Below are positions 17,980 through 26,214 of a DNA stretch of 64,000 nt, piece after piece. The notes beneath the pieces are model-generated. The model was not told where the DNA came from. It did not search any database and worked only from the letters and a program-made list of their open reading frames with translations. The number at the start of each line of letters is the position of its first letter. Positions within the stretch are counted from its first letter, which is position 1. The stretch is taken from positions 64,001-128,000 of the forward strand of contig DAHVLZ010000009.1 in assembly GCA_027320085.1 (NCBI GenBank), read 5' to 3'. The stretch comes from Pseudomonadota bacterium (GTDB lineage: Bacteria > Pseudomonadota > Gammaproteobacteria > JAKAQQ01). The translations under genes were made by a program, and so were the position numbers.

Positions 17980-20042
17980 GTGCGCCTCAAGCCCAGATCG
18001 TGATCCCAGATAAGCCGGGTGAGCCCGGCTGGTTCCGCCGCCACCTCTGGGGAATCCTGGTCTGCCTGGCCTTTGGGCTTACGGGGGCCATCTATGCTCT
18101 AGGCCTCTCGGGCGGATGGATCCTCGATGACCTGACGAACATCGTGCAGAACCCGGCGCTCTACATCCATCCCTGGAGTTACGGGGCCGTCATGCACGCC
18201 GTCTTCTCCTTCGATGCCGGACCGCTCCGCCGCCCGATCAGCATGCTCACCTTCGCCCTCAACCGGACGTTTTTCGGGCCCGGACCCTTTTCCTTCAAGA
18301 TCACGAATCTCGCCCTTGAGCTCCTCAACGGCCTTTTGCTCCTGGGGTTCACCCGCCGGCTGCTTAGGATCGGACGGACCCGTTGGTCCAAGGACTGGAC
18401 CGATCGCGAAATCGACTACACGGCGCTTGCCGTGGTCGCCGCCTGGCTCCTCCTCCCCCTCAACGTCACCTCGGTGCTCTATGTCGTCCAGCGGGAAGCG
18501 GCTCTGGCCGCCACCTTCACGATCGCGGGTGCCTGGTTTTACCTGGCTGCCCGCGAGCGGCAAATCGAGCGTGGGGAGGGCTGGATCCCGCTCACCACCG
18601 GCCTTGCCCTCTTTCTCGTCCTGGCCAGTCTGGCCAAGGAGTCGGGTGCCCTCCTCGTCGCCTACGTCTTCCTCATAGAGGCGCTGTTGTTCCGTTTCAG
18701 GAACCGGTCGGGGCGGACGAGCCGGGGGATTCTTCTTTTTTATCTCGCCTTTCTCGTCCTGCCGGCTCTCGGGGGACTCGCCTGGACCTATGAAACCGGA
18801 CTCTTGAGCTATACCGGCCGACCATTCACCCTCGGGGAGCGACTGCTCAGCGAAAACCGGGTGGTGCTCCACTACATCGGCTGGGCGCTCCTGCCGAACC
18901 TGGCGGACTTCACGGTCTTCCATCACCTGATCCCATCCACGGGCTGGCTCCGCCCCCCCTCGACCCTCTTTTCTGCCCTGGCCCTGGCTGCCCTCCTCGT
19001 CCTGGCCTTTCTCCTGCGCCGGAAAAATCCTCTCATGGCCCTCGGGATCGGCTGGTTTTTCGTGGGCCAGCTCATGGAATCGACGGTCTTCCCGCTTGAG
19101 CTGGTCTTCGAACAGCGCAACTACCTCGCGGACTGGGGGCTCGTCCTCCTCGTCTTCTCGCTGCTCCTCCTGGCCGAACCCCGCCTACGCCACCGCTCCG
19201 CACGAATCACGGTCGCCCTCCTGCTCATGGCCTTCTACGCCTCCGTGACGGCCCAGTGGACCTGGGCGTGGCGCAACAACGTCGCCCTGGCACTCGATCA
19301 GGCCACCTTCCACCCTCACTCACCCCGCGCGACCTATTTCCTTGGGGAAGAACTGAGTGACCTCACCCTGGGGGGCGATACCAAGCTCTATCCGGCTGCC
19401 GTGGTGGCCCTCGACCGGGCCGGACGGTTACCGAATGCCGATCTTCTGCCTGATGCGGCCAAGGTGATCCTGAGCCAGGAAACCGGGCACCCGACCGAAG
19501 CCCAATGGTTCGCCGAGATGGAGGCCAAGCTCCGGAGTCACGTGCTCACCGTGAGTGATCTCGAAGCCCTCCAGGGCATGGTCAACTGTGAAACCGCCCA
19601 CCACTGTCATCTACCCCCGCCCTGGATGAAGGCCCTGTTCCGGGCCGCACTCGAAAGCCCACGGATCAACGAACTGCCCTTCATCAAGGGGAACCTTCTC
19701 GTCCTGGACGGCAATTGGAGATTCGACGATCACCTGCCCATGGCCTCGATCCGCCGGCTCAATGCCCTGGCCGCCCGTCTCAATCCCGGGGTCCCCCAAT
19801 ACCGGATCAACCTGGCCTCAATCGATCTCGCCATGGGCAACCTGAAGGCCGCCCGCCGCGATCTGGCCCTGCTCCAATCCATGAACTGGCTGGGCCGGAT
19901 GAGCCCCGCCATCCACCTGCTCGAAACACAGATCCGGAACTACCGGAAACCCTCACCCCAGGCTACGGTGAAAACACACACCCAGGCGAGCCCCGCCCCG
20001 GGCCATCAGGGCCCACTCGCCCGCCGCCAACCGAAACGGTAG
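17976..20042 (+). CDS. TMTC-like GT-C fold membrane glycosyltransferase with C-terminal TPR-like domain
   Basis: About 11 TM segments; WILDDLTNI acidic pair in first loop, RPISMLTF, VLYVVQR, LAKESG, FEQRNYL, then a helical soluble tail. TTG 17976 overlaps the upstream TGA. Confidence 0.7.
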   Translation: MSAPQAQIVIPDKPGEPGWFRRHLWGILVCLAFGLTGAIYALGLSGGWILDDLTNIVQNPALYIHPWSYGAVMHAVFSFDAGPLRRPISMLTFALNRTFFGPGPFSFKITNLALELLNGLLLLGFTRRLLRIGRTRWSKDWTDREIDYTALAVVAAWLLLPLNVTSVLYVVQREAALAATFTIAGAWFYLAARERQIERGEGWIPLTTGLALFLVLASLAKESGALLVAYVFLIEALLFRFRNRSGRTSRGILLFYLAFLVLPALGGLAWTYETGLLSYTGRPFTLGERLLSENRVVLHYIGWALLPNLADFTVFHHLIPSTGWLRPPSTLFSALALAALLVLAFLLRRKNPLMALGIGWFFVGQLMESTVFPLELVFEQRNYLADWGLVLLVFSLLLLAEPRLRHRSARITVALLLMAFYASVTAQWTWAWRNNVALALDQATFHPHSPRATYFLGEELSDLTLGGDTKLYPAAVVALDRAGRLPNADLLPDAAKVILSQETGHPTEAQWFAEMEAKLRSHVLTVSDLEALQGMVNCETAHHCHLPPPWMKALFRAALESPRINELPFIKGNLLVLDGNWRFDDHLPMASIRRLNALAARLNPGVPQYRINLASIDLAMGNLKAARRDLALLQSMNWLGRMSPAIHLLETQIRNYRKPSPQATVKTHTQASPAPGHQGPLARRQPKR

Positions 20043-23000
20043 AGCCCGGCATAGACCACGGGGGCCAGCCAGAGCGACGTCAGGGCACTCAGGGTGAGTC
20101 CGCCCATGACGGCGACGGCGAGTGGCTTGAGAAGATCGGTTCCATGACCGATGCTGACCGCGAGCGGCAGGAAGCCCAGGACATCCGCCAGCATGGTCAT
20201 GAGGATGGGCCGCAAGCGTTGCCGTGCCGCCCAGGCGACCAGGCGGGGTGCGGGCGAGGTTCCACCCAACTGGTGGGCACGCGCGAAAATCAGGATGACG
20301 TTGTTGACCCCGATGGCAAAGACCAGAAGCACGCCCAGAAAGGCCGTGCTGTCCAGATTGATGCCGCTGATCCAGAGTGCGAGAAAGGCCCCGCTTCCTG
20401 CCAGCGCCGTCGCAAAAAGGGCGGAGATGGCCGCCCGCTGGCTGCTGAATTGCAACCCCAGGAGGATGAGCAGCATGAACAGCGCACCGGTCAGGATGAG
20501 TACCATCTGCTGGAAACTTTTCTTCTGTTGCCGGTAGTAGCCCCCGATCACGGGCGTGATCCCCGGCGGCAGGTGGAGTTTCAGGATGATCCGCTGGGCA
20601 CGGGCGGCCGCGACGCTCAATCCCTCCCCCGATTTGGGTTGAAGCTTGATCAGGGAGTAAGGGACGAGATTCTGGTGCGTCACGTAGGGAACGATACCCT
20701 GAAGATCGAGATGCACCACCCGGTTGAGCGGCGTATAGGTACCGCCGGGCAGACGCAGGGGGAGTTTTCCGAGGTTCATGGGATCGGTGCGGACGGAGGG
20801 CACCACCCGGACCCGGATGGGGAGAATTTGTTCCCCCCGGGTGAGAAAACCGGCACGCCGACCCCAGAAGTCCGTTTTCAGGCTCGCCGCGATGGCCGGC
20901 GGGGTGAGTCCGTAGAGGGCTGCCAGGATCCGGGGAGTCACCCGGAGTTCCGGCCCGGCCGAGGGGGACTTGAAAACCAGGGAATTGAAATCGTGGCTCC
21001 GTCTCAAGGCCGAGAGGAGACGGCGGCCATCGGCGCGGAGCACGAGCGAATCGGATCCGAAGAGCTGGATTTGAAGCGGTGCGTGGGATCCTGAGAGATT
21101 GCCCAGCCGGTTGATCATGACCTGCATGGTCTCGAGCGTGGTGAGATCGGGGGCCTTTGCCCGGAACGCGTGCCGGAGCTCGGTCATGACCTTCCGGGTG
21201 CTTTGCGGATGGTGGGGCTTGAGCACGACCACAAGCCCTCCCTTGTTCGGCGTGGCGTAGCGGTTGCCGAATCCGCGTCCGATGACGAGCGAAGCACGTT
21301 CGACATTGGGATTCCGGAGGGCCACCGCCATGAGATCGCGTCCCACCCGTTCGGTTTCCCGAACCCCGTTCCCGACTGGTGTCCGGAACGGAACCACGAA
21401 AATTCCCTCGTCCCAATGGGGCAGAAAGGCCGTCGGCAGGTGGGTCACGGCCAGGAGGGCACCCCCGCCCACGAGACCGATGACCGGGAGGGCAAGCCAC
21501 GGTTTCCGCATGCCCAGAACGAGCAGTCGGCCATGGCTTTTTCGTAATGCCCGCTCACCGGGCAGGCGGTGCGGTCGGCGCGGGCGTTGGGCAATCGAAA
21601 GGGTGAGGAGCGGCGTCAGGACGAGGGCCACAATCTGGGAGGTGACCAAGGCCACGATCACCGCCCAGGCCATGTCCCGGAACAAAAGCCCGATCGTTCC
21701 CGAGAGAAAGGCCAGCGGAACGAAGATGACACAAGAGGTCATCGTGGCCAGGGACATGAGCGGCAGGATCTCTCCCACGCGGGCCAGGGCATGTCGGCGG
21801 CGTTCTTCCGCACTGCCTTCCCGGGGGCCATGGAGGCCCCGCTCCATGACCACAATGGCATGATCGACAAGCGCACCGATGGCAGCCGTGATGCCACCCA
21901 GCGTCATGATGTTGATTCCGAACCCGAGCGCCTGAAGGACCAGAAGGGTGGCGGCCACCGAGAGCGGAACCACCGTGAGGGTCGCGAGAGCCGCGTCCCA
22001 GCGACCCAGGAAGAGCAGCACCACGAGCCAAGCAATCAGGCTGCCGAGCAGGAGGGCCATCCAGACGTCGCGCAGGCTGGATCCGATCAGCCGACTCAAG
22101 TTGTAGATGGGTACAAGATGGATGCCTGGTGGCAGATGGGATTTCATCTGGTCGAGGCGGGAGGCAATGGCACGGGCGACCCCATCCTGGTTGACCCCCC
22201 GGTCCGCCGAAACGTCGATCACGAGCGCGTGCCGCCACCCGGCAACCGCCGCTTCCCGGACGAGAGGGGGCGGACGGATCCGGATCTTCGCGATGGCTCC
22301 CAGGGCCAGCGGGGCCCGGGAGAGCACCCCCGGCGCGCTCTGGGTGACCAGGGGTTCGGGGCCCGACAGCTCGTCGGCCGCGGGTGAAGCCCTGCTGGAG
22401 TTTTCCCCGAGTGGCAGGCTCAGGGCCTCGAGGTCCTTCGGATTGAGCGGCCGCGGAGTCGTCGCCAGGAGGAATTGCTCGTGGAAGACATTGAGGATGC
22501 CCGAGAAGAACGGCCCCTGTTCGGTCCGCAGGAGGTTCACGACGGCTGAGGCGCTCAGGTGGTATTCCGCAAGACGCCGTTCCCGGAGATCGACGTCAAC
22601 CTCCGGCCAGCCCCGTCCCGTATCGTTGACCTCATAGACTCCCGGGAGGGCCAGGAGGGCCGGCCGGACCTGGAAGGCGAAGGTGGGCATGAGAGCCGAG
22701 CTGTTGAACCGGTTGGAAACCAGCGCGTATTCGGCCAGGGGATAGATATTGGGCATCATGAGCCGTTCGCTGATCGTGGCTCCGGGGGGTAGCGTGATCG
22801 CAGCCAGCCGGGCCTGCAAAAGCAGATAGGCGAGTTCCGGATTGATCCCGCGGGCAAAATACACGTGAAGCTTGGTAAGCCCGTTGCCCGTCTGCGAACG
22901 AACCATCCGGACTCCGGGCTCTCCCTTGGCCGCTTGTTCCAGCGGCCGGGTGACCTCGAGCAGCATGAAGCGGACGGGCAAATTGTTCGTATGGACCAGA

Positions 23001-23143
23001 ACCGCGACTTTGGGAAAATCGACGTTTGGGAAAATGCTTTTCGGGAGTGAGTGGTAAGCCAAAAACCCACCGGTCAGAACCAGGACCGGCAACAAAAGGG
23101 CCGTGAAGCGGTTCGCCCAGAGGAAATCGAGGTACCGTCGCAT
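20006..23143 (-). CDS. RND efflux permease (AcrB/CusA/CzcA superfamily)
   Basis: SIFPNVDFP, INIMTLGG..AIGALVDHAIVV, RLRPILMT, PLAVAVMGGL; about 1045 aa from ATG 23143 (TGATG coupling to the MFP). Confidence 0.92.
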   Translation of the reverse strand: MRRYLDFLWANRFTALLLPVLVLTGGFLAYHSLPKSIFPNVDFPKVAVLVHTNNLPVRFMLLEVTRPLEQAAKGEPGVRMVRSQTGNGLTKLHVYFARGINPELAYLLLQARLAAITLPPGATISERLMMPNIYPLAEYALVSNRFNSSALMPTFAFQVRPALLALPGVYEVNDTGRGWPEVDVDLRERRLAEYHLSASAVVNLLRTEQGPFFSGILNVFHEQFLLATTPRPLNPKDLEALSLPLGENSSRASPAADELSGPEPLVTQSAPGVLSRAPLALGAIAKIRIRPPPLVREAAVAGWRHALVIDVSADRGVNQDGVARAIASRLDQMKSHLPPGIHLVPIYNLSRLIGSSLRDVWMALLLGSLIAWLVVLLFLGRWDAALATLTVVPLSVAATLLVLQALGFGINIMTLGGITAAIGALVDHAIVVMERGLHGPREGSAEERRRHALARVGEILPLMSLATMTSCVIFVPLAFLSGTIGLLFRDMAWAVIVALVTSQIVALVLTPLLTLSIAQRPRRPHRLPGERALRKSHGRLLVLGMRKPWLALPVIGLVGGGALLAVTHLPTAFLPHWDEGIFVVPFRTPVGNGVRETERVGRDLMAVALRNPNVERASLVIGRGFGNRYATPNKGGLVVVLKPHHPQSTRKVMTELRHAFRAKAPDLTTLETMQVMINRLGNLSGSHAPLQIQLFGSDSLVLRADGRRLLSALRRSHDFNSLVFKSPSAGPELRVTPRILAALYGLTPPAIAASLKTDFWGRRAGFLTRGEQILPIRVRVVPSVRTDPMNLGKLPLRLPGGTYTPLNRVVHLDLQGIVPYVTHQNLVPYSLIKLQPKSGEGLSVAAARAQRIILKLHLPPGITPVIGGYYRQQKKSFQQMVLILTGALFMLLILLGLQFSSQRAAISALFATALAGSGAFLALWISGINLDSTAFLGVLLVFAIGVNNVILIFARAHQLGGTSPAPRLVAWAARQRLRPILMTMLADVLGFLPLAVSIGHGTDLLKPLAVAVMGGLTLSALTSLWLAPVVYAGLYRFGWRRASGP

Positions 23144-24204
23144 CAGGGGTGGATCTCGACCGCGCTCCCCGACCGCAACCGGGTGTTTCCCACCACGACC
23201 ACCGCTTCGCCCGCCTTGAGATTCCCCAAGACATAGGCCCCCCGCCGCCGATTGGTCAAAAGCCGCACCGGAACGGCAAAGGCATGTCCACCCCGGACCA
23301 CGTAGACGTAACTCTGATCCCCATGCATGACAATGGCCGGGACAGGCACACGAAAGGCCTGCCCGGACTGGACGGGGATCCGGCAGTGGAGCCACTGTCC
23401 TGGTAACAGGGGATCGGCGAGCGGGAGGTCAATGTAGACCCGGACGAGGCCATAGTGGCTCGCGCGGTTGCCGATGTTGCGCACGGTTCCCGTTCCCTGC
23501 CAGTGGGAAAGGCGCAGTCCGACAGGTTCGCCGGCATGGATCCGCTTCACGATCGCGGGAGGAACCAGGGCCTCGGCCCAGATCCGGCCACGGCCCATCA
23601 GGGTCATGATGGGCAACGCCGTCGGCACGATGGCACCCGGTGCCACGAGGTAGCGGATTGTTCCGGAAAACGGGGCCCGCAAGACCTGCGCTGATGCTTC
23701 GGCGACGAGCGAGCGCAACTGGCTCCGGGCTTCCGCCAGGGAAAGCCTGAGGTTGTCCACCACCTCGCGTGCCACCAGGCCCTTCTTGAGCAGCAGGCTG
23801 TAGCGGGCCAGCTTGGTTCGGGCGTAGAGGGCCTGGGCGCGGGCGGCTGCGATCTGCGCACGCAACCCGACCGGGGCAATCCGCATCAGGATGGCCCCCT
23901 CCCGGACAAAACCGGGCGGCTGGTAGGGTCCCACCACCCGCCCCCCGACCGGGGCGGTGAGTGTAATCTGGTTGTTGCTGCGAATTCTCCCGAGCGTCCG
24001 GAAGAACCGGTGCCAGGGTCTTGCCTGGATGGGAGCCACACTCACCCGAAGACCCTGGGCCCCGGCACAGGGGATGGCGGCAAAACAAAAAAGGAGGAGA
24101 AGAACCCGGTACCGGTTCCAGTGCGATTCATTCCCAACGGACGGGCTGGCTGGAAGCACAGGTTCGGGGACGGGCGGCTTCAGTCTATCGCAGCATTCAA
24201 TCAT
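23143..24204 (-). CDS. RND periplasmic adaptor (membrane fusion protein)
   Basis: APVGGRV, helical hairpin, LRAPFSGTI, LLPGQ, VPVPAI, GEAVVVVG; start uncertain. Confidence 0.88.
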   Translation of the reverse strand: MIECCDRLKPPVPEPVLPASPSVGNESHWNRYRVLLLLFCFAAIPCAGAQGLRVSVAPIQARPWHRFFRTLGRIRSNNQITLTAPVGGRVVGPYQPPGFVREGAILMRIAPVGLRAQIAAARAQALYARTKLARYSLLLKKGLVAREVVDNLRLSLAEARSQLRSLVAEASAQVLRAPFSGTIRYLVAPGAIVPTALPIMTLMGRGRIWAEALVPPAIVKRIHAGEPVGLRLSHWQGTGTVRNIGNRASHYGLVRVYIDLPLADPLLPGQWLHCRIPVQSGQAFRVPVPAIVMHGDQSYVYVVRGGHAFAVPVRLLTNRRRGAYVLGNLKAGEAVVVVGNTRLRSGSAVEIHP

Positions 24205-24542
24205 CCGAACCTCGCAAGTCGCAGCGCCTCAAAACCAACCGGCAGACACCCTGAACCCGTCCCTGATCCAGGGCAGAGCACTACGGCAACCCCCCCCGTT
24301 CCCGAAAGAACCCCTGGGGGCAGTATATCCCAAGGCATCCGGCCGGGATCGGAAACTGCAACCAAGCGGGCGCCATGGTAGCCTTCCCGGCAGGTCCGTT
24401 GTCTCCCTGCATGCCAGCAGTGGCGGGATCACGCTTCGCAAAGCCCCCAATCCTGCGGCTTGAACGACAGTGGACGGGAACAGATCCGTGGCACGGTAGT
24501 AGAGTCCAGATGAACTTTTACAGATGGCTGGGGTCGGATCAG

Positions 24543-26195
24543 ATGACGATGCACGAGAACCGGAACGACCCTGACCGCCTCCCCCGGAGAGTCTCCCGGA
24601 CGCGGTGGATTCTCCTGCTGCAATGGACCCCCGCACTCCTGGGGATGGCCGGTCTCGCGTTCCCGTGGGTCGCAGCCCCCCCCGCACAAGCCCAGGGATG
24701 CCGGCTTTTTCCCCTGATCGTCCGGAAGGCCCGGAGTCTGGCGGCCAAACCCTATGCCCCACCCCGCGAGATCCCCCACTTCCTCGAGCGACTCAGCTAC
24801 AACGAGTACCAGGCCATCCGGTTCCGGCCGGCCCGGAGCCTGTGGCACCGCCGGCATTCGCGCTTCCAGGTGCAACTCGTGCCCCCGGGCCAGTACTACA
24901 CCACCCCCATCCATCTCTTCGTCCTCTCGCACTGCCGGATCACGCGGCTCCGGTTTCATGTTTCCGATTTCACCTATCCCTCGGCGGCCCTCCGCGCGCG
25001 GATCCCACGGGCTCTCGGTTTTGCCGGTTTCAAGCTGACTTATCCTCTCGTGGGACACCACCGGCACAACCAGTTCCTGGTCTTTGCCGGTGCCAGCTAT
25101 TTCCGTGGCGTTGGGGAGCCGAACAACTTCGGCCTCTCCGCCCGGGGCATTGCCATCAATACCGCCTTCCCTCCCCATGAGGAGTTTCCGGCGTTCCGGA
25201 AATTCTGGCTGGTGCGCCCCCCCCGGAACAGCCACTCGATCGTGATCTATGCCCTGCTCAACGGACCCAGTGTCACCGGTGCCTACCGGTTTATCATCCG
25301 CCCGGGAATGGTGACCCGGATCCGGATGCGGGTCCGGCTCTTTTTCCGGACCACGCCCCGGGTGCTGGGTATCGCCCCCCTGACCAGCATGTTTTTTTAC
25401 GGCTCCGGAACTCCCCGGCCCGTCGGCGAATGGCGTCCTGCCGTTCACGACTCGGATGGACTCGAGATGGCGAACGGAGACGGCGAGTGGCTCTGGCGCC
25501 CCCTCATTGATCCCAAGCATTTCCTGGTGACCCGTTTTGCACTCGACAATCCGGGCGGTTTCGGCCTGGTCCAGCGGAACGAACACTTCTCGAACTACGA
25601 GGATCTCGGGACACGCTACGATACCCGTCCCAGTGCCTGGGTGGTCCCGCATGGCCGATGGGGCCGGGGATCCGTCGAGCTCGTCGAGATCCCGACCGAC
25701 TCGGAGACCGTCGACAATATCGTGGCGTACTGGGTACCCCGCGAACCCGTCCAGCCCGGACGGGAATACCACTACAGCTACACCCTCCTCTTCGGCCGGG
25801 CCGGAATCGCCCACCCTCCGGGTGGAGAGGTGCTCCAGACCTTCGTGGGCTCAGGTCGCAACCCTGGCCGGTCCTGTACGGGAAATCCCCACCGGTTGCG
25901 CTATGTGATCGACTTCAGTGTGCCCAAGGCCTTCCGGAACAAACCCGCCCATGGGGTCGTGACCGCCAACGCTCCGGCCCGGGTCAGCCAGGTCACGCTC
26001 GTCACCGCCCGGGATGTCGGCGAGACCCACCAGTCGTTTGACCAGCTCTCCTTCCAGGTCACCGCCCCCCGCAGGCACCCGCTGGAGCTCCGGGCCTTCC
26101 TCGCGAGCCGGGGCCACGCCTTTACCGAAACCTGGAGCGGCATGCTACCGGCCAGCACGGCCAACCGCCTCACGGCCTCGCCCGGCTGCCCCTAA
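24543..26195 (+). CDS. opgG: Periplasmic glucan biosynthesis protein OpgG/OpgD (GH186), canonical motifs intact
   Basis: Signal peptide ending AQA; FAGASYFR, GLSARGIAI, EEFPAF, RPAVHDSDGL, ETVDNIVAYW, TETW. Confidence 0.9.
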   Translation: MTMHENRNDPDRLPRRVSRTRWILLLQWTPALLGMAGLAFPWVAAPPAQAQGCRLFPLIVRKARSLAAKPYAPPREIPHFLERLSYNEYQAIRFRPARSLWHRRHSRFQVQLVPPGQYYTTPIHLFVLSHCRITRLRFHVSDFTYPSAALRARIPRALGFAGFKLTYPLVGHHRHNQFLVFAGASYFRGVGEPNNFGLSARGIAINTAFPPHEEFPAFRKFWLVRPPRNSHSIVIYALLNGPSVTGAYRFIIRPGMVTRIRMRVRLFFRTTPRVLGIAPLTSMFFYGSGTPRPVGEWRPAVHDSDGLEMANGDGEWLWRPLIDPKHFLVTRFALDNPGGFGLVQRNEHFSNYEDLGTRYDTRPSAWVVPHGRWGRGSVELVEIPTDSETVDNIVAYWVPREPVQPGREYHYSYTLLFGRAGIAHPPGGEVLQTFVGSGRNPGRSCTGNPHRLRYVIDFSVPKAFRNKPAHGVVTANAPARVSQVTLVTARDVGETHQSFDQLSFQVTAPRRHPLELRAFLASRGHAFTETWSGMLPASTANRLTASPGCP

Positions 26196-26214
26196 GGGGG
26201 CAGATCCCGGATAC

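Noticed and set aside
24205-24542. Possible riboswitch or ncRNA (GGCAA...GAAA...GCAAAGC fragments) in the MFP-opgG intergenic region
   Set aside because: Spacing and pairing do not fit the c-di-GMP-I consensus by eye; an Infernal/Rfam scan would be needed to settle it.
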